This document shows, piece after piece, positions 10,522 through 19,416 of a stretch of DNA of 55,499 bases. Where the stretch lies: assembly GCA_040765985.1 (NCBI GenBank), contig JAXGRK010000005.1:1-55499 (forward strand), given 5' to 3'. This DNA comes from Candidatus Dojkabacteria bacterium. GTDB taxonomy: Bacteria > Patescibacteriota > Dojkabacteria > SC72. Made by a program: the position numbers and the translations under genes. Below the pieces are notes generated by a model. It saw only the letters and a program-made list of their open reading frames with translations. It searched no databases and had not been told where the DNA came from. Numbering within the stretch: position 1 is the first letter of the stretch; the number at the start of each line of letters is the position of its first letter.

Positions 10522-11193
10522 TTAGCTATTAAAAACAACATATGGAGGGTGATCAAGCCTAGGACGATACACAGGAGCTATCTCTTTCCAATTTGTTTTT
10601 GTTAATTTCATCTCTCCAGTTCTAAGTTTTCCAACTTTTTCTAATACATGTACATATCTATTTACATTCTCTCCCTTAAATATTTTACCTCTAAATGTTG
10701 TTATCTGATTCTTGTAATATTGAGGTAATTCGACTAAAGCAAATATTAGTTGTAAGTAAAGCTCTGTTCTATTAAGAATATCAAACACTCTTTCATCTTG
10801 TCCTTGAATTTTTGTAGAGGGTTCAGATATTAATATCGGTTTTTTTGATACATAGTCAATATCTTTACCCGCAACAACTCTATCAGAAATTACTTCTGCG
10901 ATATTTCCATCAAGAGCAATTCTTGTCATTCTATCAAATCCCACATACTGTTTTTGATACAGAAATGGGTAAATATGAGATATATATGTCTGATGCTTTT
11001 CATCTTTTCCAATGTAAATATTTGCAACCCTGGAATCTTCCTCTGTATAAGTAATACTTAGACCTGTGTTCGTATCTTTTTGAGGTAATTCAATTTTTAA
11101 TATAGGGTCTTCTACAAAAGTGGTATTTATTATATCAACAATATCACAATACTCTACAGTATCTTGCAATTTAGACAATTCTTTTTCAGACAT
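10522..11193 (-). CDS. Hypothetical protein
   Basis: 223-aa ORF with normal composition; no motif recognised. Confidence 0.6.
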   Translation of the reverse strand: MSEKELSKLQDTVEYCDIVDIINTTFVEDPILKIELPQKDTNTGLSITYTEEDSRVANIYIGKDEKHQTYISHIYPFLYQKQYVGFDRMTRIALDGNIAEVISDRVVAGKDIDYVSKKPILISEPSTKIQGQDERVFDILNRTELYLQLIFALVELPQYYKNQITTFRGKIFKGENVNRYVHVLEKVGKLRTGEMKLTKTNWKEIAPVYRPRLDHPPYVVFNS

Positions 11194-11312
11194 ATGCGTA
11201 CAATTTTAAGCTTAGAGCGTTTATTATATTGTAAATATGCCTTTTTAACAAGATAATTGTTAAAAATATTGAATATTTATAACCATTTGATATACTAAAT
11301 TAATTATTGGCA

Positions 11313-11678
11313 TTAGCCACGGCTCCCTCTAATAATAGAGGGAGATAATTTGAATATCTTCAAAACTTCCTTAAAAACTTTTTGACAATCACTTATATCT
11401 AATTCTTCAATTTTGCAGAGAATACGCTTAGTACTATAAATCCAAATCTGTGAAGTTAAAACAGAAATAGTCCTTCCATCTAAAGTAATTTGAATATAAT
11501 ATCTGTTTTCTATTAACACAAAACTATCCCCACTTCCTAATATGGCTTTTAGTAATATTGAAAACAGTTTAAAACAGATAGGGGATAACCTGAACTTAGA
11601 TATAATTGATATGTTTAAATAAAGTTCTTGCTTGATATTTACTTTATAATAAAATAATAGTAGAATTCTGTTATGCAA
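11313..11678 (-). CDS. Possible hypothetical protein
   Basis: 121-aa ORF in an otherwise empty gap; start uncertain. Confidence 0.3.
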   Translation of the reverse strand: MHNRILLLFYYKVNIKQELYLNISIISKFRLSPICFKLFSILLKAILGSGDSFVLIENRYYIQITLDGRTISVLTSQIWIYSTKRILCKIEELDISDCQKVFKEVLKIFKLSPSIIRGSRG

Positions 11679-11783
11679 AATATATTTATAAATACATATT
11701 TCTACTCTCTATGGCATCATACTAGTTGCTTAGGGAGGTATTTGCATCGACACTAGAATTTCAATAAAGAAAATTGTGCATAT

Positions 11784-11806
11784 AACCTCCGAATAGGAGG
11801 TTTTTT
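11784..11806 (+). terminator. Intrinsic terminator hairpin in the leader of the M20 peptidase gene
   Basis: AACCTCC-GAATA-GGAGGTT followed by a T run, 30 nt before ATG11837. Confidence 0.75.
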
Positions 11807-11836
11807 AATATATATAAGTTATTTAAATAATTAAAA

Positions 11837-12919
11837 ATGAATATAGAAAAAATATTAACAGATTTAGTAGAGATTCCATCTATAACATCAGATACTAAAA
11901 ATTGTAAGAACGCTATTGAATATATAGATACTCTTGTTAAGAAAGAAGGCCTTAAAACAAAGATATTTGAAAAAGACAGTGTATACAGTTTACTAATAGC
12001 AAAAGAGATTAAAAATAAATATGAAGTAATACTTAATGGCCACTTAGATGTAGTCCCTGCACCTATAAAAGACTTTAAACCCAGAATTAAAGTAGAGAAA
12101 GGTAAAAAGATAATGTATGGAAGAGGAACTAGTGATATGAAAGGCCCTGCTGTAAGCGTATTAGTAGCCTTTTTAGAAATTCTTAAAGAGGGAGTTAATA
12201 AAGATATGGCATTACTTTTTACAACTGATGAGGAAACAGGAGGGTTTAAAGGTATGAAGAATGTTGTAGACCAAGGTCTTACAGCAGATATTGTATTTAT
12301 ACCTGATGGAGGACAGGATTGGAGCATATGTACCGATGAGAAGGGTGTATTCCACATTAAATTTACTTCAAAGGGTGTAAGTGCACACGGTTCAAGAGTA
12401 TGGTTAGGAGATAACGCTGTTGTTAAATTAATTAAGGTATATACCAATTTACAAAAAGAGTTTACAAAAAGATGGGGAAAAGCAACTAAAAGTGATAACT
12501 GGAAACCAACTCTAAATCTAGGTGCGCTAAATGGTGGTAACTCCGCAAACAAGGTTCCGAATGAAGCACAGAGGTTAATAGATATTAGATATCCTACACC
12601 TGTAACACAAAAGATATTAGAAGAGATAGTAAGAAATAGCATCGTAAAAGATGTGTCATGGGAAACCATATCGACTGGTGCACCATTTCATACTAATTTG
12701 GATAACAGGTATGTTAAAAGTTGGAGTAAGTTAATAAAAAATCCAATCTTTGAGAAAGAACCAGGAGCTTCTGATGCTAGGTTTTTTGCAGAGAAAGGAA
12801 TTAACACCTTAATTACTAAACCAATATCATCAAAGCCCCACATTGATAATGAGTGGGTAGATTTAGATGACTTAGTTATTTTTAAAAACAAGGTTAAAGA
12901 GTGGTTAAAAGAAATCTAA
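11837..12919 (+). CDS. M20 family metallopeptidase (ArgE/DapE-like)
   Basis: NGHLDVVP, GRGTSDMKG, TDEETGG, SAHGS, GASDARFF, HIDNEWV. Confidence 0.93.
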   Translation: MNIEKILTDLVEIPSITSDTKNCKNAIEYIDTLVKKEGLKTKIFEKDSVYSLLIAKEIKNKYEVILNGHLDVVPAPIKDFKPRIKVEKGKKIMYGRGTSDMKGPAVSVLVAFLEILKEGVNKDMALLFTTDEETGGFKGMKNVVDQGLTADIVFIPDGGQDWSICTDEKGVFHIKFTSKGVSAHGSRVWLGDNAVVKLIKVYTNLQKEFTKRWGKATKSDNWKPTLNLGALNGGNSANKVPNEAQRLIDIRYPTPVTQKILEEIVRNSIVKDVSWETISTGAPFHTNLDNRYVKSWSKLIKNPIFEKEPGASDARFFAEKGINTLITKPISSKPHIDNEWVDLDDLVIFKNKVKEWLKEI

Positions 12920-12923
12920 CTAC

Positions 12924-12953
12924 TTGATACTTGCTAATTAAAAAGTATATAAT
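12924..12953 (+). promoter_or_regulatory. Sigma70 promoter for the riboswitch-metK transcript
   Basis: TTGATA 12924-12929, 18-nt spacer, TATAAT 12948-12953; the riboswitch P1 starts 7 nt later. Confidence 0.75.
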
Positions 12954-12959
12954 CTCGTA

Positions 12960-13044
12960 TACATCAAGAGAGGTGGAGGGACTAGCCCTATGATACCTCA
13001 GCAACCAGTAGAAATATATGGTGCTAATTCTAGATAGATGTGAG
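12960..13044 (+). ncRNA. SAM-I (S-box) riboswitch aptamer
   Basis: ACATCAAGAGAGGTGGAGGGACTAGCCCTATGATACCTCAGCAACC...GGTGCTAATTC...AGATGT matches the SAM-I consensus and lies directly upstream of metK. Confidence 0.93.
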
Positions 13045-13053
13045 ATATATACT

Positions 13054-13078
13054 AAGACTCTCACAGAGTCTTTTTTTT
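13054..13078 (+). terminator. Riboswitch-controlled intrinsic terminator
   Basis: AAGACTCT-CAC-AGAGTCTT plus T run. The antiterminator pairs TGTGAGA 13039-13045 with TCTCACA 13059-13065. Confidence 0.9.
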
Positions 13079-13116
13079 ATTCACATCAGTGTATTTAAAT
13101 TTTTAATTTAATAGAT

Positions 13117-14325
13117 GTGAGTAAAACATTTTTAACCTCACCAAAAACATATTTTACATCTGAAAGTGTTACAGAAGGACACCCAGATAAAATGTGTGAT
13201 CAGATTAGTGATGCAGTACTAGATGCATGTTTAAAACAAGATGCCTACTCTCGCGTTGCTTGTGAATGTGCAACTAAGACAGGTTTTGTAGTAGTAATGG
13301 GAGAAATTACTACTAATGCAAACATTAATTTTGATGAACTAATTAGAAAAGTAATATTAGATATTGGATATGATGATAGTTCTAAAAGTTTTGATGGGAA
13401 TACATGTGCTGTACAGGTAGCTATCTCTAAACAGTCTACAGATATATCTATGGGAGTAGATAACGCATTAGAGAAAAGAGACAAACAGAAAAGGGATGAT
13501 ATCGAGAAGATTGGAGCGGGAGACCAAGGTATGATGTTTGGATTTGCATGTGATGAAACACCTGAGTACATGCCCATGCCAATATATCTATCTCATCTTC
13601 TTACTAAACAGTTAGCAAAGGTAAGGAAAGAAAAGAAACTAAATTGGATATATCCTGATGGTAAGAGCCAGGTAATAGTAGAGTATCATAAAGGCAAACC
13701 TATTAGAGTAGATACAATACTAGTAAGTACACAACATAGTGCAGATGTATCTCACGAAGATATTGAGAAAGGTATTAAAAAGTATGTAATATATGAAGTT
13801 ATACCTAAAGAATTAATAGATTCTAAAACAAAAATATATGTTAATCCTACAGGAAGATTTGTAATTGGTGGACCCAAAGGAGATGCAGGGGTTACTGGAA
13901 GAAAAATAATTGTTGATACATACGGAGGAATGAGTAGACATGGTGGAGGAGCATTCAGTGGTAAAGATTGTACAAAGGTAGATAGATCTGCAGCATATAT
14001 GACAAGATATATTGCTAAAAATATTGTAGCTTCAGGATTAGCTTCCCGATGTGAGATACAGATATCATATGCCATTGGTGTTGCAAAACCATTGAGTATA
14101 ATGATGGATACATTTGGTACAGGTAAGATATCTGATGAAAAGATATCTAAGATAATTGATAAAGTGTTTGATTTAAGACCGGGTGCCATTATCAGAGACT
14201 TAGATTTAAGAAAACCCATATTCCAACAGGTAGCATCTTACGGACACTTTGGAAGAGATGATTTAGACTTACCTTGGGAGAGATTAGATAGGGTAAAAGA
14301 GATTAAAAAGATTTCAAAGCAGTAG
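13117..14325 (+). CDS. metK: S-adenosylmethionine synthetase
   Basis: [47 protein letters not shown]; GTG start. Confidence 0.98.
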   Translation: MSKTFLTSPKTYFTSESVTEGHPDKMCDQISDAVLDACLKQDAYSRVACECATKTGFVVVMGEITTNANINFDELIRKVILDIGYDDSSKSFDGNTCAVQVAISKQSTDISMGVDNALEKRDKQKRDDIEKIGAGDQGMMFGFACDETPEYMPMPIYLSHLLTKQLAKVRKEKKLNWIYPDGKSQVIVEYHKGKPIRVDTILVSTQHSADVSHEDIEKGIKKYVIYEVIPKELIDSKTKIYVNPTGRFVIGGPKGDAGVTGRKIIVDTYGGMSRHGGGAFSGKDCTKVDRSAAYMTRYIAKNIVASGLASRCEIQISYAIGVAKPLSIMMDTFGTGKISDEKISKIIDKVFDLRPGAIIRDLDLRKPIFQQVASYGHFGRDDLDLPWERLDRVKEIKKISKQ

Positions 14326-14346
14326 CCTTTCTGATAATCTATAAGT

Positions 14347-15747
14347 ATGGAAGGAAACACTGCCCCAAAAATTGATTTGGTTGATCCAAATGCAGATCAA
14401 TCATCACAAACAAATACAATGTCAAGAAGGGATTTTCTAAAAGTAGCCTTAACACTTGGTGCTGCAGCTACACTAGCTGCCTGCAGTCCAAAAGATGTAA
14501 TAAAAGCTAGTAAATCAGAGAAACAGAATTTTGAAGAAAATATTGAAACACTAAATAACCAATACACTCAAAGAGAACAAGAGAAAGGTCCTTTTAGTTA
14601 TGATAAATATGTAAATGGGTATCCAGGATTTGAGCAGTACATTGAACATATTGATAAAGTAGCACAATTAAGAGAGGAAGAGACAGGCATTAAACAGGAT
14701 GTTATCAAAACATTAACATCCTCAATTATAGCCACCCATTATAATAACTGGGAACAGGTTGATACAAATATTAACATTGCAAGACAAAAGGTTGGACCCA
14801 TGCAGTTTTACCCTGGGGATGTTGAGAAAGTAATAAGAAATAGATATAAAAATGAATTTGAATTTACTCCAGAACGATTACAAAAACCCCTATACAACAT
14901 AAAATTGGGGACAATATCCCTTCTTAACTCCTTAGCTGAAATAGAAAATGATGGCCAGAATAAAGATATGATGCAATTAGTATTAGCTAAATACTACGAT
15001 TCATCCCCTGCTCTAATTAATCTAGTTAAACAGAATAAAAATATTAAAGGTTTTGAATATTCTAATCCTAACTTCATACTTTACCAAAAGAACATACAGA
15101 TACTTGGATCTTCATCAGAACAACAACAAAACACAGAAGAAAAGGAAAGAGGCATAGATACTATATGGAACAATGCAATTGAGTATTGGCCACATACAAA
15201 GATAAAAGAAAATAAAGAGGTATTCTATCAACAGGTAGAAAAATACTACAATGATGAATTAAATAATAATCCTAAATTAAGTAGGAAAGAATTACTTTCA
15301 ATATTTCTATCTGTTGCAATGACAGAAAGTAATGGAGGATTAAAGAAAGAATCCCCTATATCTGGTGCTATAGGTTGGTATCAACTAATACCTAGATGGA
15401 AACATCTTGAAGATTTTAATTCTGCTAACGGTACGCAGTATTCATATCAAGAGCTACATGACAACGATAGGGTAAGTATAGAGGTTGGAATATGGACATT
15501 AATGAGATACAGAAATAGTATGGATTTACATCAAAGTATGAAATTCTTTAAAGGTGGAAATACATTTGGATATAACCCAGATGATGGTATATGGTGGAAC
15601 AGAGTATCTTACTGTACTCAAAATCTTTTAGAGGAAGATAAATTAGGTATGGGATATATGGACTACTACTACAATAATGTTGGCTTTAGTAAAAATGAAT
15701 TCCTACAAAATAGATCTCATATTGCTAATGTGTACATCAATAAGTAG
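14347..15747 (+). CDS. Twin-arginine-motif lipoprotein with tandem lytic transglycosylase (SLT/GH23-like) domains
   Basis: SRRDFLK...LAACS. Domain 1 has GPMQF...PLYNIKLG; domain 2 has VAMTESNG...GAIGWYQL...SIEVGIWTL. Confidence 0.7.
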   Translation: MEGNTAPKIDLVDPNADQSSQTNTMSRRDFLKVALTLGAAATLAACSPKDVIKASKSEKQNFEENIETLNNQYTQREQEKGPFSYDKYVNGYPGFEQYIEHIDKVAQLREEETGIKQDVIKTLTSSIIATHYNNWEQVDTNINIARQKVGPMQFYPGDVEKVIRNRYKNEFEFTPERLQKPLYNIKLGTISLLNSLAEIENDGQNKDMMQLVLAKYYDSSPALINLVKQNKNIKGFEYSNPNFILYQKNIQILGSSSEQQQNTEEKERGIDTIWNNAIEYWPHTKIKENKEVFYQQVEKYYNDELNNNPKLSRKELLSIFLSVAMTESNGGLKKESPISGAIGWYQLIPRWKHLEDFNSANGTQYSYQELHDNDRVSIEVGIWTLMRYRNSMDLHQSMKFFKGGNTFGYNPDDGIWWNRVSYCTQNLLEEDKLGMGYMDYYYNNVGFSKNEFLQNRSHIANVYINK

Positions 15748-15781
15748 AGAGGTGAAGATTTATATATACACCAGACTTTGA

Positions 15782-18271
15782 TTACTCGTACCTTAATGCA
15801 TTTAGAGCAGAAATCTTTTTTGCCCTTTCTGCAGGATACCATCCTGTAATTACTCCTACAATTGCAGATACTATAACCAACCCAATTCCTAAAATAAAAG
15901 GTATGTATGTTACATCCATTGGAGTTCCTCCCTGACTAACCGACAATATAGATATAAATATACTTAATAATTTCCCAACAATAAAACCAAGTATTAAGCC
16001 AAAAACACCTCCCAAAACACTCATAATTAAGGACTCAGCAAGAAAAAGAGTTTTAACTTGAGATGATTTAAGACCCATTGTCTTAAGAAGACCAACCTCT
16101 CTGGTTTTCTCTAACAAAGATACTGTCAAGGTATTAAACATACCTAAAGATGCTACTCCTAAGGCAATTAGTCCTAGTACTAATAATGCTATTCTTAAAG
16201 TATGAAAGAGATTACTTACACTATCAACCGTATCAACAACAGAACTTGTTTGGAAACCCAATCCTTCTAATTTCTCCCTAGCAAGTTGTACATCCTTTGT
16301 ATCTTCAACAATTACTTTCACAGAAGACACATTCTCCAAACCGTCTACCATGATATCTCCAAGTGGAATAAAGAATTTTGGAGATTGATTATCACTTATA
16401 ACTCCAACTATTTCAAATTCTTTTGTTTCAGATTCAACTATATAATTTGAACGATTAAAAAGTCCACTATCAAATATAATTGTAGCTTCAAATTTCTTTT
16501 TTAAAGCTTCGTTAGCTGTAATACCCAAAAGAGTAAGCATAGAGTTATTAACAATTGCTACTCTTTGGGCATCTGCTGGGAACTTCTTAATATCAGTTTG
16601 TATTTCTTGATTTGCCCCAAGCTCAGAAGATATACTAACCCAATCAATACTATCATCTTCTTTAACTAGCTCCTCTAAATCAATAAATGATCCTTTCGTT
16701 GAAGAGTCTTGTTCTCCTAGAACTTTTCCTAATAATCTTTCTTCAACACCTTCATTAAAAACTAAATCGGAACATTTTAGGAATAACTCAACAGTTCTTC
16801 TCTCATAACTCTCATCTTGAGGAGTAGTATAATAGTGAGAACATAAATCACCACAGGATTTTTCTACCCAGAGATCTATTGTAGCTTGAACCCAATAGCT
16901 ATACTCCTTTCCATTACTACTTTTTATTAAATATTTTTCATCCAAACCGTAACGAGAACCATAAACTAATAAACCCTTATAATCTAGAGCTTCATCGATA
17001 CTTAAGACTGGAAGAATAACAGAATCCTCTTTTGGTTCAAGATATGTATTAATAAAATCACCACTATGTATGCCAAAGTTAATCTGTTCAATACCCTTAC
17101 CAGTGTATATCTCCAATGAGCTTCCCACACTAACCCCATATCTTTCAATCACACTATTATCTTCCGTTATATACCCCAATGATACCCTCTGTTGATCAAC
17201 ATCTCTTATGACCTTGTACTCCTCATCAATACAATCGTAATCAGTTAAATAACAGTTCTTCTTTTCCCACAAAAGGAAGTTATCTTTAATCCATCGACTA
17301 TACTCATTACCCTCAACATCTATAGCTGAATAACCCTTATCATTATCACTCCTTTTTCCCCAAACCTCTACAGCTTCCTGTTCACCACTGTCTCTTTTTG
17401 TATATCCAATTATTGTAGAACCTTCATCTGCTTTAGAGTAAACTGGTTTCCAAACTAAAGGATTAATTGAATATCTAACCTTTGAAATTTCCTCCCCAAA
17501 GCTCTTCTTGGTAATTAGTATAGAACTTAAACCTGCTACCTCCCCAGGAGTATCCTCGGATGATTCTACTTTAATATTATCCCTACTCTCTTCAAAAATA
17601 TTTCCAAAAAGAGGTTGCATACCACTCTCTTTAAGAAAATCACTTGAGACACCGTATACTATTACATCTGATACCGCATTATTGTAAGTAATCTTTGAAA
17701 CCGATGTAACAATTGGCATTACTAAATCGATCTTATCAATTTGTGATATCTCTTCAATTGTATCAGCATTAAAAACCAAAGGAGAACCCTTTGAAACATT
17801 AACATCAATCTGCTTCATCTCTGACAGACTAGCAATTTGGGATACTACTAACTTCTCGAATCCATAACCAGTTGATAACAGGAGAATAATCGCCCCAAAC
17901 CCAATAGCCATTCCCCCTATGGTAACAACGGTTCTGTTTTTTTTCATTGACAGATTCTTCATTGCTAAAAGGATAAGGTCTGAGTTTTTTATATCAGAGT
18001 TACCCTTAGAATCAAAAAGCTTTAAGATATAAGTATATATCCTGTCATATTTCTTATTAATGATATTTGAACTTGAATTCCCTTTCTTATTCGGTTTGTT
18101 AAGTTTCCTCTTTGGTGAACGAGTAAGAATATATTTTATAGAAACAAAGAATAGAAGAATGAAAAATTTAAAAAGAAATATACTCTCTAAAAAGAATGTT
18201 TTTAGAAATACTGCAATCCCTATTATTATCTCCTTAAGAGTCTTTTTTTGTTTCTTCTGCTTGTTCTTCAT
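15782..18271 (-). CDS. Large MacB/FtsX-family ABC permease (829 aa) with an expanded extracellular domain
   Basis: KNRTVVTIGGMAIG; FNTLTVSLLEKTREVGLLKTMG; YPAERAKKISALNALRYE. Confidence 0.92.
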   Translation of the reverse strand: MKNKQKKQKKTLKEIIIGIAVFLKTFFLESIFLFKFFILLFFVSIKYILTRSPKRKLNKPNKKGNSSSNIINKKYDRIYTYILKLFDSKGNSDIKNSDLILLAMKNLSMKKNRTVVTIGGMAIGFGAIILLLSTGYGFEKLVVSQIASLSEMKQIDVNVSKGSPLVFNADTIEEISQIDKIDLVMPIVTSVSKITYNNAVSDVIVYGVSSDFLKESGMQPLFGNIFEESRDNIKVESSEDTPGEVAGLSSILITKKSFGEEISKVRYSINPLVWKPVYSKADEGSTIIGYTKRDSGEQEAVEVWGKRSDNDKGYSAIDVEGNEYSRWIKDNFLLWEKKNCYLTDYDCIDEEYKVIRDVDQQRVSLGYITEDNSVIERYGVSVGSSLEIYTGKGIEQINFGIHSGDFINTYLEPKEDSVILPVLSIDEALDYKGLLVYGSRYGLDEKYLIKSSNGKEYSYWVQATIDLWVEKSCGDLCSHYYTTPQDESYERRTVELFLKCSDLVFNEGVEERLLGKVLGEQDSSTKGSFIDLEELVKEDDSIDWVSISSELGANQEIQTDIKKFPADAQRVAIVNNSMLTLLGITANEALKKKFEATIIFDSGLFNRSNYIVESETKEFEIVGVISDNQSPKFFIPLGDIMVDGLENVSSVKVIVEDTKDVQLAREKLEGLGFQTSSVVDTVDSVSNLFHTLRIALLVLGLIALGVASLGMFNTLTVSLLEKTREVGLLKTMGLKSSQVKTLFLAESLIMSVLGGVFGLILGFIVGKLLSIFISILSVSQGGTPMDVTYIPFILGIGLVIVSAIVGVITGWYPAERAKKISALNALRYE

Positions 18272-19025
18272 ACAAAACTTTTGCTGTAATCATCTTAAAT
18301 CTTTCTAGCTCCTTATCTCCTGCAAGATACTCTTTAATAATAACACCATCTGACATATTTAATGATCTTGTTGCAAATGGTAGAAACCCAAGATCATGAG
18401 TAACCATTATTATTGTATTTCCTTTACTGTTATACTCCTTAAATAGATTCATTAAAGATTCGCTAGATTTAGAATCCAGATTCCCAGTAGGTTCATCAGC
18501 AACTAATAATACAGGACTCGATATTAAAGCCCTTGCAAATGAAACCTTTTGTTGCTGCCCAGAAGAGAGTTCTGTTGGAACTTGATCTGAAGAACCTTCC
18601 ATTCCTACCATTCTAAGTAACTCTAGTGCTTTCTCATTTCTCTCCATCTCGTTGTATCCTCTTAATGTTAGAGGAAAGGCAACATTCTCTAAAACATTTA
18701 AGGATTTAATCCAATTCTGTTGTTGATATATTAAACCAACCTCCTCTTTCCTTATCTGTGATCTATCATCTTCGGAGAAAGAATAGATTTCCTTTCCAAT
18801 AAAGTTTACAGTTCCCTCTGTAGGAACTTCTAGACCTAACAAAATATTTAATAATGTACTTTTACCACATCCTGAAGAGCCAAAAAGTATAACAAATTCA
18901 CCCTTTCTTATTGTCACATTAACACCCTTGATAACCTCAACAAAGGTGTTTCCTACTTTAAAGATTTTTACAATATCTTTTCCCTCGAGAATTTTATCAT
19001 TACTCCTATATTTAGAATCCTTCAT
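18234..19025 (-). CDS. ABC transporter ATP-binding protein, LolD/MacB type
   Basis: [30 protein letters not shown]; ATG at 19025 preferred. Confidence 0.95.
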   Translation of the reverse strand: MKDSKYRSNDKILEGKDIVKIFKVGNTFVEVIKGVNVTIRKGEFVILFGSSGCGKSTLLNILLGLEVPTEGTVNFIGKEIYSFSEDDRSQIRKEEVGLIYQQQNWIKSLNVLENVAFPLTLRGYNEMERNEKALELLRMVGMEGSSDQVPTELSSGQQQKVSFARALISSPVLLVADEPTGNLDSKSSESLMNLFKEYNSKGNTIIMVTHDLGFLPFATRSLNMSDGVIIKEYLAGDKELERFKMITAKVLYEEQAEETKKDS

Positions 19026-19416
19026 CTGTATTACTATCATACTTTATATATTCAACAGAAGGGAGAACTAGGAAGCTATCTGATTCGTTTACTTTTCTAA
19101 TATAGACACCCTCTTTAGGAATATTCTCTAGAAACACCACATGTATTTCTCCCTCTTCACTACTGGTTTGTAATACTGTTTCACTTTTACCAAATCTTTT
19201 ATCACCATATTTAACATAGCCAAGTGTACTATCCTTTGACTTCCAAAAGATAATTACATCCGTAGGAGTAACAAAAGTAATCTCAGTGTATTTATCCATC
19301 TTACGAGCCGATATATTTATTAAAAGTATTGGTATTAACAAGGCTGCTATAAATACCACAACTGTTAAACAAATATATATATCCCTTCTCTTAATTTTTT
19401 TATTAAATATTTTCAT
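19012..19416 (-). CDS. Small N-anchored membrane protein with one FN3-like domain
   Basis: TM helix, then VTPTDVIIFWKS...GYVKYG...IHVVFLENI, resembling the C-terminal FN3 repeats of the upstream giant protein. Confidence 0.7.
   Translation of the reverse strand: MKIFNKKIKRRDIYICLTVVVFIAALLIPILLINISARKMDKYTEITFVTPTDVIIFWKSKDSTLGYVKYGDKRFGKSETVLQTSSEEGEIHVVFLENIPKEGVYIRKVNESDSFLVLPSVEYIKYDSNTDEGF

Noticed and set aside
11313-11678. LAGLIDADG homing-endonuclease remnant
   Set aside because: Only a vague resemblance in the beta-strand region; no LAGLIDADG helix and no host intron or intein.
11761-12669. 302-aa minus-strand ORF, and the many shorter antisense ORFs (for example 13245..13577, 13752..14219, 19807..20157, 47123..47635)
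   Set aside because: They are shadows of well-supported genes on the opposite strand and have no recognisable motifs.
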